Positions 1-11,800 of a stretch of 64,000 nucleotides of DNA are shown here, in pieces. Source of the stretch: Balanoglossus misakiensis (Eukaryota > Animalia > Hemichordata); assembly GCA_040954595.2 (NCBI GenBank), contig CM082578.2, positions 3,888,831 through 3,952,830 of the forward strand. The letters run 5' to 3'. A program made the position numbers and the translations under genes. Within the stretch, counting starts at the first letter, position 1. Every line of letters starts with the position of its first letter. The notes under the pieces were generated by a model. The model was given only the letters and a program-made list of their open reading frames with translations. It did no database searches and was not told where the DNA came from.

Positions 1-95
1 CCCGACAATGCTGCTTGCAGCTTTAATTAGGGCCCAAGCCAAGCCAGGCTTGGGCCCTATTGGTTTCGTTGGTATTTTTCAGTCTTTCTTTCTTT

Positions 96-1577
96 AGGGC
101 CCAAGCGCAAGCAAGCGCTTGGGCCCTATTGGTTTCGTTGGGGTTTTTCTTTCTTTCTTTCTTTCTTTATTCTCCTGTCCATTTTTTATCGCTCTAGATC
201 TCAGACACCGCTGCAGGTTCAGTTCTCAAACTTGCTACAGTGGTCAAGGTCAATGAGTAGTCGTGCATTGAACCCATGAATTTTTAATTTGTCACGTGAC
301 ATGGCGGCCATATTGGATTTTCTGAAAAAATGCAAATCTCAGATCTCAGAAACTACAAGTCAGATTTACTTCAGATTTGGCGTGCTGGTAGTGTACCTTC
401 TGCCCATTATTTTTGTAATTGGATATTTTGCTGTCAATGTTGCAGTTTTTTTGCTACAGTTGTTTTTCTGAAATCTGGTCAAGATTTCAAAAATCTTCTT
501 CTCCAGAACCGGCGATAACCGAGTCACGCGGTTTGGGGTATGTGGTCACCTAACTGAGGTCTATCAAGTTTGCGAAGATCATTGTGATTGGTCGAAGATT
601 ATGGCGGCCATATTGGATTTCCGAAAAACTATAGTAAAACTCCAAAAATCTTCTTCTCCAGAACGGGCGATAATCGAGTCACAAGATTCGGGGAGTATGG
701 TCACTACACTGATGTCTATCAAGTTTGCAAAGAGCATTGTGATTGGTCGAAGATTATGGCGGCCATATTGGAATTTGTAAAAAGCATCGAAAAATTGAAA
801 TTCCTTTTTCTAGTCTAAAAATTGATAGCATACAAATTCTTTTTATGGATATCAATCGTCAGGTGACTAAGATATGTTACAATTTTTTGGCGATTTTTCA
901 CATGACCTTTGACCTACTTATCACGCGTTATTATTTCTGCATATCTAATTCCAGGCTAACCTATAGGGCTAGACATTTGGTTTTTGATGCTTGTGGATTA
1001 GTGTGTGATCAAAATATTTTGCTACTTTCCATGACACCTTTGACCTCTGCTTACCTCATTAATTATGTGCATAGCTAATTACAGGCGAACCAATAGAGCT
1101 AGAGCTTTGGTTTTTGTTGAACATGGACCAGTATGGGTTCAACATTTTTTGCCCAAATGTTGGGTGACCTCTGGTGACTTTTGACCTACTTTCACATATC
1201 TCAACATCCAGAGCAGATACAGCCTTGGCATTTGGCAGGATGGGACCTAAATGTAAAGCCAAATTTTTGGGTCACCTGTGACACCTGCTGACCTCATTAA
1301 ATATGCACATACCTAATTACAAGCGAACCAAAAGAGCTAGAGTTTTGGTTTTTGTTGGACATGGCCCAGCAAGGGTCAAATTTTTTGCCCAAATGTTGGG
1401 TGACCTCAGGTGACCTTTGACCTACTTTACTCTATTTCAGCAGCAAAAATACATAAGTCCTTGTTATGTCATGAGATAATACATGCGATAGAAAATTCTG
1501 TTTCTTCTCATTCATACTGTGCATATATAATTCAAGATCAGCGCTTGGGCCCGACAATGCTGCTTGCAGCTTTAATT
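96..1577 (+). mobile_element. Non-autonomous Helentron derivative (HINE-like), family A
   Basis: Left hairpin 96-127, non-coding body, right end gcgcttgggcccgacaatgctgcttgcagctttaatt at 1541-1577. Confidence 0.8.
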
Positions 1578-1607
1578 CTGTCTTTCCTTCTTTCTTCTTT
1601 CTTTCTT

Positions 1608-1816
1608 AGGGCCCAAGCGCATACCAGCGCTTGGGCCCTATTGGTTTCGTTGGGGTTTTTCTGTCTTTCCTTCTTTCTTTAGGGCCCAAGCGCAAGCCAG
1701 CGCTTGGGCCCTATTGGTTTCGTTGGGGTTTTTTAGGGCCCAAGCCCAGCAGGCTTGGGCCCTATTGGTATTACTGGGGTTTTTAGGGCCCAAGCGCGCG
1801 CAAGCGCTTGGGCCCT
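1608..1816 (+). repeat. Stack of four left-end hairpins
   Basis: agggcccaagc-N-gcttgggccct at 1608, 1681, 1735 and 1785, each followed by attggt...tgg and a T-run; loops atacca, aagcca, cagca, gcgcaa. Confidence 0.9.
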
Positions 1817-3255
1817 ATTGGTTTCGTTGGAATTTTTCTTTCTTTATTCTCCTGTCAATTCTTCGGCCAACTAAATCTCTGAAACTACTGCAGGTACACC
1901 GCTCAAACTTACTACAGTGGTCAAGGTCAATGAGTAGATGTGCAGTGGCTCGTGAATATTTAATTAGTCACGTGACCAGGCGGCCATATTGGATTTTCTG
2001 AAAAAATGTAAATGACTTCTTCTCAAAAACTACAAGGCAAATCAAGTTCAAATTTGGTACATAGTACACATGGCCTCTGCCCAACAAAGTTTGATAATAA
2101 AATCTCGAGCGGTCACGTGACTTTGGCCGCCATATTGGATTTTCGAAAAATCCAACTAAAACTTCAAAAATCTTCTTCTCAAGAACCGGCGATAACCGAG
2201 TCGCGGGATTTGGGGTATGTGGTCACCTAACTGATGTCTATCAAGTTTGATAAGAAGCATTGTGATTGGTCGAAGATTATGGCGGCCATATTGGATTTTC
2301 GAAAAACCATAGTAAAACTGCAAAAATCTTCTTCTCCAGAACGGGCAATAACTGAGTCGCAAGATTCGGGGAGTATGGTCACTACACTGATGTCTATCCA
2401 GTTTGCAAAGAGCATTGTGATTGGTCGAAGATTATGGCGGCCATATTGGATTTTGTAAAAAGCAGTGAAAACTTGAAATTCCTTTTCCTAGTCTAAAAAT
2501 TGATAGCATACAAATTTTTTTCATGGATATCAATCGTCATATGACTAAAATATGTTACAAATTTTTGGCGATTTTTCACATGACCTTTGACCTACTTTTC
2601 ACACGTTATTATTTCTGCATATCTATTTCCAGGCTAACCTATAGGGCTAGACGTTTGGTTTTTGATGCATGTGGATTAGTGTGTGATCAAAATATTTTGC
2701 TACTTTTCATGACCCCTTTGACCTCTGTTGACCTCATTAATTATGTGCATCGCTAATTACAGGCGAACCAATAAAGCTAGTGGTTTGGTTTTTGTTGGAA
2801 ATGGACCAGAATGGGGTCAAATTTTTTTGCTCAAATGTTGCATGACCTCTGGTGACCTTTGACCTACTTTCGCATATCTTAGCATCCAGAGCAGATACAG
2901 CCTTGGCATTTGGCAGGATGGGACCAAAATGTAAAGCCACATTTTTGGGTCACCTGTGACACCTGCTGACCTCATTAAATATGCACATACCTAATTACAG
3001 ACGAACCAATAGAGCTAGAGTTTTGGTTTTTGTTGGACATGGACAAATATGGGTCAAAAAAATTTCCCAAAATTTAGATGACCTCAGGTGCCCTTTTACC
3101 TACTTTACTCTATTTCTGCAGCAAAAATACATACGTCCTTGTTATGTCATGAGATAAAAAACATGATAGAGCATTCTGTTTCTTCTCATTCATACTGTGC
3201 ATATGTAATTCAAGATCAGCGCTTGGGCCCGACAATGCTGCTTGCAGCTTTAATT
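1785..3255 (+). mobile_element. Non-autonomous Helentron derivative, family A variant
   Basis: Left hairpin 1785-1816, right end 3219-3255. Confidence 0.8.
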
Positions 3256-6200
3256 CTTCTACTTCTTCTTCTTCTTCTGTCGTTTTCTTTGGCGAGGTAG
3301 ATCTGGAAAACTGCTAAACCTACCAATTTCAAACTTGGCACAATGGTGCAGGCCAATGAGAGCTAGTGCAGTACCCTTGTGAATGTTTAATTAGTCACGT
3401 GACTTGATGACCATATATGGGCAAAATTTTCAAATCGGCCTTATTTGCATATGAATGGAGATATCACAATTCTTTTAGCAACTTTTGCGGACCATGTGGT
3501 CAGTGTCCTACATGCCAAATGTCAAGGCCATTGGCCATGCCAATTTTGAGAAGAAGATTTTTAAGTATTATTTTTCATATTTTTTGACCAAGCCATGGGC
3601 GTATACTTTCCATAGTAAAGCTATGACCACATATTATTTTGGATAAATATGCATACATATCTCAAAATCTGTTAGGCCAATCATCTCCAACTTTGGTGTG
3701 CAGCTAGCCTAGCATTGGTCAATAATTTTAAGCGAAAAAAAATAATATGAAAAATCGACCGATTTTTTTATATTAATTTTTTTATTAAATTTATACCTTT
3801 ACTTATACCTCTATAGTTAAGCTATGTCCATGTCTTATTTTGGAATTCTGGTCTGTGCAATGGTCCTGTAAAGTGACTGTCTTTTGGCCAGTGAGCACAA
3901 TGAGACCAAAATAAAAGGCGAAATTTTGGGCCCACCTGTAACACCTGCTTAACTCATTAATTATGTGCATACCTAATTCCAGGCTAACTAATAGGGCCAG
4001 AGGTTTTGTTGTTGTTGGACTTGGGCCAGTAAAGGGTTAAACATTCCTGCCAAAATTTGGGGTGACCTCAGGTGACCTTTGACCTACTTTCCTATATCTT
4101 GGCATCCAGAGCAGGTACAGACTTGGCGTTTGGAGGGTTGGGACTAAAATTGAAAAGCCAAAATTGCAGGTCACCTGTGACACCTGCTTATCTCATTAAT
4201 TATGTGCATACCTAATTCCAGGCTAACCAATAGGGCTAGAGGTTAGATTTTTGTTGAACATGGACAAGTATGGGGTCAAAATTTCTTGCCCAAATTTTGG
4301 GTGACCTCAGGTGACCTTTGACCTACTTTACCATATCTTGGCATCCAGAGCAGGTACAGACTTGGCGTTTGGAGGGTTGGGACTAAAATTGAAAAGGCAA
4401 AATTGGGGGTCACCTGTGACACCTGCCTACCTCATTAATTATGTGCATAACTAATTCCAGGCTAACCAATAGGGCTATAGGTTTGGTTTTTGATGAACAT
4501 GGACCAGTATAGGGTCAAAATTTCTCGCCCAAATTTTGCATGACCTCAGGTGACCTTTGACCTACTTTACCATATCTTGGCACCCAGGGCAGGTACAGAC
4601 TTGGCGTTTGGAGGGTTGGGACTAAACTTGAAAAGCCAAAATTGGGGGTCACCTGTGACACCTGCATATCTCATTAATTATGTGCATACCTAATTCCAGG
4701 CTAACCAATAGGGCTATAGGTTTGGTTTTTGTTGAACATGGACTAGTATAGGATCAAAATTTCTTGCCCAAATTTTTGCATGACCTCAGGTGACCTTTGA
4801 CCTAATTTTCCATATCTTGGCATCCAGAGCAAATATGCTTATTGCTATGTTGCTATGTGCTATGTTGGCTTGGGCCCGCTATTGCTGCTTGCAGCTATAT
4901 TTTTTTTTCTTCTTGTGTAGTTTTTTCGGCCAGCTAGATCTGGAAAACTGCTAAACCTACCAATTTCAAACTTGGCACAATGGTGCAGGCCAATGAGAGC
5001 TAGTGCAGTACCCTTGTGAATGTTTAATTAGTCACGTGACCTGATGACCATATATGGGCAAAATTTTCAAATCGGCCTTATTTGCATATGAATGGAGATA
5101 TCAAAATTCTTTTAGCAACTTTTGTGGACCATATGGCCAGGGTTCTACATGCCAAACGTCAAGGCCATAGGCCATGTCAATTTTGAGTAGAAGATTTTTA
5201 AGTATTATTTTTCATATTTTTCGCCCAAGCCATGGGCCTATACTTTACATAGTACAGCTATGGCCACATATTATTTTGGATAAATATGCATACATATCTC
5301 AAAATCTGTTAGGCCGATCATCTCCAACTTTGGTGTGCAGCTAGCTTAGCATTTGTCAATAATTTTAAGCGAAAAAAAATTCTATGAAAAATCGACCGAT
5401 TTTTTTATATTAATTTTTGTTATTAAATTTATACCTTTACTTATACCTCTATGGTTAAGCTATGTCCATGTCTTATTGTGGAATTCTGGTCTGTGCAATA
5501 GTCCTGTACAGTGACTATCTATTGGCCAGTGAGCACAATGGCACCAAAATAAAAGGCAAAATTTTAGGCTCACCTGTAACACCTGCTTAACTCATTAATT
5601 ATGTGCATACCTAATTATGGGCTAACTAAGAGGGCTAGAGGTTTCATTCTTGTGGGATATGGACCGATATAGGGTCAAAATTTCTTGCCCAAATTTTGGG
5701 TGACCTCAGGTGACCTTTGACCTACTTTCCTATATCTCGGCATCCAGAGCAGGTACAGACTTGGCGTTTGGAGGGTTGGGACTAAAATTAAAAAGCCAAA
5801 ATGGGGGTCACCTGTGACACCTGTATATCTCATTAATTATGTGCATACCTAATTCCAGGCTAACCAATAGGGCTATAGGTTTGGTTTTTGTTGAACATGG
5901 ACCAGTATAGGTTCAAAATTTCTTGCCCAAATTTTGCTTGACCTTAGGTGACCTTTGACCTACTTTACCAGATCTTGGCATCCAGAGCAGGTACAGACTT
6001 GGCGTTTGGAGGGTTGGGACTAAAATTAAAAAGCCAAAATGGGGGTCACCTGTGACACCTGTATATCTCATTAATTATGTGCATACCTAATTCCAGGCTA
6101 ACCAATAGGGCTATAGGTTTGGTTTTTGTTGAACATGGACCAGTATAGGTTCAAAATTTCTTGCCCAAATTTTGCTTGACCTTAGGTGACCTTTGACCTA

Positions 6201-6544
6201 CATTACCAGATCTTGGCATCCAGAGCAGGTACAGACTTGGCGTTTGGAGGGTTGGGACTTAAATTGAAAAGCCAAAATTGGGGATCACCTGTGACACCTG
6301 CCTACCTCAATAATTATGTGCATACCTAATTCCAGGCTAACCAATAGGGCTATAGGTTTGGTTTTTGTTGAACATGGACCAGTATAGGGTCAAAATTTCT
6401 TGCCCAAATTTTGCATGAACTCAGTTGACCTTTGACCTACTTTACCATATCTTGGCATCCAGAGTAGATATGCTTATTGCTATGTTGCTATGTGCTATGT
6501 GCTATGTTGGCTTGGGCCCGCTATTGCTGCTTGCAGCTATATTT
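3256..6544 (+). mobile_element. Two bodies of a third non-autonomous subfamily ('C', ~1.64 kb each) with ~239-bp internal tandem repeats
   Basis: Both start ...tagatctggaaaactgctaaacctacc and end ggcttgggcccgctattgctgcttgcagctatattt (4867-4900, 6509-6544). cacctgtgacacc recurs at ~4172/4411/4650 and ~5809/6047/6287. Confidence 0.75.
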
Positions 6545-9455
6545 AGGGCCCAAGCGCATACCAGCGCTTGGGCCCTATTGGTTTCTTTGGGGTTTTTCTT
6601 TCTTTCTTTCTTTCTTTCTTTCTTTATTCTTCTGTCATTTCTTTGTCGCTCTAGATCTCAGACACCACTGCAGGTACAGTTCTCAAACTTGCTACAGTGG
6701 TCAAGGTCAATGAGTAGTCGTGCATTGAACCCATGAATTTTTAATTAGTCACATGACCTGGCGGCCATCTTGGATTTTCTGAAAAAATGCAAATCTCAGA
6801 TCTCAGAAACTACAAGTCAGATCGACTTCAAATTTGGCGTGCAGGTAGACTACCTTCTGTCAAACATTTTTGTAATTGGAAATTATGCTGTCAATGTTGC
6901 AGTTTTTTTGCTACAATTTTTTTTCTGAAATCTGGCTTAAATTTCAAAAATCTTCTTCTCCAGAACCGGTGATAACCGAGACATGGGGTTTGGGGTATGT
7001 GGTCACCTAACTGATGTCTATCAAGTTTGCGAAGATCATTGTGATTGGTCGAAGATTATGGCGGCCATATTGGATTTTCGAAAAACCCTAGTAAAATTTC
7101 AAAAATCTTCTTCTCGAGAACCGGCAATAACCGAGTCACAAGATTTTGTGTGTGTGGTCATTCAACAGATGTCTATCAAGTTTGCGAAGAGGAATGTGAT
7201 TGGTCGAAGATTATGGCGGCCATATTGGATTTTGTGAAAAACGATTAAAAAGTAAAAATTCCCTTTCTAGCCTAAAAATTGATAGCACAGAAATTCTTTT
7301 TATGGATATGAATCATCATATAACAAGAATAAGCTATAAATATTTTGGTAATTTTGGCAATGACCTTTGACCTACTTTTGACGCATTAATTTTCTGCATA
7401 TCTAATTCCAGGCTAACCAATAGGGCTATAAGTTTGGTTTTTGATGTATGTGGATTTGTATGTGATCAAAAAATTTTGGTACTTTTCATGACCCCTTTGA
7501 CCTCTGCTGACCTCATTAAATATGCGCATACCTAATTACAGATGAACCAATAGACCTAGAGGTTTTGTTTTTGTTGGACAGGACAAGTATAGGGTCAAAA
7601 TTTTTTACCCAAATTTTGGGTGACCTCTGGTGACCTTTGACCTAATTTCGCAAATCTCAGCATCCACAGCAGATACAGCCTTGGCGTTTGGAGGTATGGG
7701 GCCATAATGAAAAGCCAAAGTTTTGGGTCACCTGTGACACCTGCTTAACTCATTATTTATGTGCATACCTAATTCCGGGCTAACCAAAAGGGTTAGAGGT
7801 CTGGTTTTTGTTGGACATGGACCACTATGGGTCAAAATTTTCTGCCCAAACTGTGGGTGACTTCTGACCTACTTAACACTATATCAGCACTAAACATAGA
7901 TATAATCTTGATATTTCATGGGATAAAACACAGCATTATGTTTCTACTCATTAATTATGTGCATATCTAATAATCAGATCAGATAATAGAGCTTGGGCCC
8001 GGACAATGCTGCTTGCAGCTTTAATCTTTCTTTCTTCTTTCTTTATTCTTGTGTCAATTCTTTGTCGCTCTAGATCTCAGACACCACTGCAGGTACACTT
8101 CTGAAACTTGCTACAGTGGTCAAGGTCAATGAGTAGTCGTGCATTGAACCCTTGAATTTCTAATTAGTCACATGACCTGGCAGCCATCTTGGATTTTCTG
8201 AAAATATGCAAATCTCAGATCTCAGAAACTACAAGTCAGATCGACTTCAAATTTGGCGTGCAGGTAGACTACCTTCTGCTTATCATTTTTGTAATTGGAA
8301 ATTATGCTGAAAAAGTTGCAGTTTTTTTGCTACAATTTTTTTTCTGAAATCTGGCTTAAATTTCAAAAATCTTCTTCTCCAGAACCGGTGATAACCGAGA
8401 CACTGGGTTTGGGGTATGTGGTCACCAAACTGAGGTCTATCAAGTTTGCGAAGATCATTGTGATTGGTCGAAGATTATGGCGGCCATATTGGATTTTCGA
8501 AAAACCCTAGTAAAATTTCAAAAATCTTCTTCTCAAGAACCAGCGATAACCGAGTCACAAGATTTGGTGTGTGTGGTCATTAAACAGATGTCTATCAAGT
8601 TTGCGAAGGGGAATGTGATTGGTCGAAGATTATGGCGGCCATATTGGATTTTGTGAAAAACGATTAAAAAGTAAAAATTCCTTTTCTAGCCTAAAAATTG
8701 ATAGCACAGAAATTCTTTTTATTGATATGAATCATCATATGACAAGAATAAGCTATAAATATTTTGGTAATTTTGGCAATGACCTTTGACCTACTTTTGA
8801 CGCATCATTTTTCTGCATATCTAATTCCAGGCTAACCAATAGGGCTATAAGTTTGGTTTTTGATGTATGTGGATTTGCATGTGATCAAAAAATTTTGCTA
8901 CTTTTCATGACCCCTTTGACCTCTGGTGACCTCATTAAATATGCGCATACCTAATTAATGATGAACCAATAGACCTAGAGGTTTTGTTTTTGTTATACAT
9001 AGACCAGTATGGGGTCAAACTATTTTGCCCAAATGTTGGGTGACCTCGGGTGACCTTTGACCTACTTTTGCATATCTCGACATCCACAGCAGATACAGCC
9101 TTGGCGTTTGGAGGTATGGGGCCATAATGAAAAGCCAAAGTTTTGGGTCACCTGTGACACCTGCTTAACTCATTATTTATGTGCATACCTAATTCCGGGC
9201 TAACCAAAAGGGCTAGAGGTCTGGTTTTTGTTGGACATGGACCACTATGGGTCAAAATTTTCTGCCCAAATTGTGGGTGACATCTGGGTGACCTTTGACC
9301 TACTTAACACTATGTCAACACCAAACATGGATATAACCTTGATATTTCATGGGGTAAAACAGCATTATGTTTCTACTCATTAATTATGTGCATATCTAAT
9401 AATCAGATCAGATAATAGAGCTTGGGCCCGGACAATGCTGCTTGCAGCTTTAATT
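6545..9455 (+). mobile_element. Two family-A non-autonomous bodies (~1.43-1.48 kb) behind one left end
   Basis: Left hairpin 6545-6576; right ends 7991-8025 and 9420-9455. Confidence 0.8.
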
Positions 9456-10899
9456 AGGGCCCAAGCGCATACCAGCGCTTGGGCCCTATTGGTTTCGTTG
9501 GGGTTTTTTAGGGCCCAAGCGCATACCAGCGCTTGGGCCCTATTGGTTTCGTTGGGGTTTTTCTGTCTTTCTTCTTTCTTTATTCTTCTGTCATTTCTTT
9601 GTCGCTCTAGATCTCAGACACCGCTGCAGGTACACTTCTCAAACTTGCTACAGTGGTCAAGGTCAATGGGTAGTTGTGCATTGAACTCTTGAATTTTTAA
9701 TTAGTCACGTGACATGGCGGCCATATTGGATTTTCTGAAAAAATGCAAATCTCAGATCTCAGAAACTACAAGTCAGATTTATTTCAGATTTGGTGTGCTG
9801 GTAGTGTACCTTCTGCCCATCATTTTTGTAATTGGATATTTTGCTGTCAATGTTGCAGTTTTTTTGCTACAGTTGTTTTTCTGAAATCTGGTCAAAATTT
9901 CAAAAATCTTCTTCTCCAGAACCGGCGATAACCGAGTCACGCCCTTTGGGGTATGTGGTCACCAAACTGAGGTCTATCAAGTTTGCGAAGGTGAATGTGA
10001 TTGGTCGAAGATTATGGCGGCCATATTGGATTTTCGAAAAACCCTAGTAAAATTTCAAAAATCTTCTTCTCAAGAACCGGAGATAACTGAGTCACAAGAT
10101 TTGGTGTGTGTGGTCATTAAACAGATGTCTATCAAGTTTGCGAAGGTGAATGTGATTGGTCGAAGATTATGGCGGCCATATTGGATTTTGTGAAAAACGA
10201 TAAAAAAGTAAAAATTCCCTTTCTAGCCTAAAAATTGATAGCACAGAAATTCTTTTTATGGATATGAATCATCATATGCCAAGAATAAGCTATGAATATT
10301 TTGGTAATTTTGGCAATGACCTTTGACCTACATTTGACGCACCATTTTTCTGCATATCTAATTCCAGGCTAACCAATAGGGCTATAAGTTTCGTTTTTGA
10401 TGCATGAAGATTAGTGTGTGATCAAAATATTTTGCTACTTTTCATGACCCCATTGTCCCCTGCTGACCTCATTAAATATGCAGATACCTAATTACAGGCG
10501 AACCATTAGAGCTAGAGGTTTGGATTTTGTTGGACATGGACCAATATGGGGTCAAAAATCTTTGCCCAAATGTTGGGTGACCTTAGGTGACCTTTGACCT
10601 ACTTTCTTATATCTTGGCATCCACTGCAGGTACAGACTTAGCATTTGGAGGGATGGAACACCTGACCGAGTCTCACACATTACCCCATTAATTATGCCCA
10701 TTATAATTCCAAGCGAACCAATAGGGCTAGAGGTGGGGGTTTTTTTTGTTGAACATGGACCAATATGTGGTCAACAGTTTTTGCCCAAATTTTGGATGAC
10801 ATCAGGTGACCTTTAATCTTCTTTACCATATCTCGGTACCAACAGCAGCTACAGCCTTGTCCTTTGGAGGGATGGGATCAAAATGAAAAGCCAAATTTT

Positions 10900-11800
10900 T
10901 GGGTCATCTGTGACACCTTCTTAACCTCATTAATTTTGCACATACCTGATTCCAGGCCAACCAAACGGACTAGAGGTCTGGTTTTTGTTGAACATGGACC
11001 AATATGGGGTCACAAGCTTTTGCCCAAATTTAGGGTGACCTGAGCTGACCTTTAACCTGCTTTCCCATATCTTGGCATTCACAGGAGATACGTCCTTGGC
11101 TTTTTAAGGGGTGGGACAAAAATGAAAAGCCTAATTTTGGGGTAATCTGTGTCACCTTCTTAACCTCATTAATTATGCACATACCTAATTCCAGGCTAAC
11201 CAACATAGCTAGCAGTTTCGTTTCAGTTGAACATGGACCAATATGGAGTCACAAGCTTTTGCCCAAATTTAGGGTGACCTGAGCTGACCTTTAACCTGCT
11301 TTCCCATATCTTGGCATCCACAGGAGATACGTCCTTGGCTTTTTAAGGGGTGGGACAAAAATGAAAAGCCTAATTTTGGGGTAATCTGTGTCACCTTCTT
11401 AACCTCATTAATTATGTACATACCTAATTCCAGGCTAACCAACACAGCTAGCAGTTTCGTTTCAGTTGAACATGGACCAATATGGAGTCACAAGCTTTTG
11501 CCCAAATTTAGGGTGACCTGAGCTGACCTTTAACCTGCTTTCCCATATCTTGGCATCGGCAGGAGATACGTCCTTGGCTTTTTAAGGCATGGGACAAAAA
11601 TGAAAAGCCAAATTTTGGGGTAATCTGTGTCACCTTCTTAACCTCATTAATTATGCACATACCTAATTCCAGACTAACCAACACAGCTAGCAGTTTCGTT
11701 TCAGTTGGACATGGACCAGTATGGCATCAAAAAATTGTGCAGCAAATTTTGGGTGAACTTTGACCTACTTTTACAAATCGAAGCATCCAGGGCAGATTCG
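10900..11800 (+). repeat. ~239-bp tandem repeat, 3-4 copies
   Basis: tgtgtcaccttcttaacctcattaattatg recurs at ~11148, 11387 and 11626. Confidence 0.8.

Noticed and set aside
1608-1816. CRISPR-like array of palindromic repeats
   Set aside because: No unique spacers or cas genes, eukaryotic context, and the units match the transposon right-end subTIR.
289-10047. Many 60-110 aa ORFs recurring in the repeat bodies (also 29-35 kb and 52-62 kb)
   Set aside because: Frames are broken differently in each copy, many use non-ATG starts, and no domain is recognisable.
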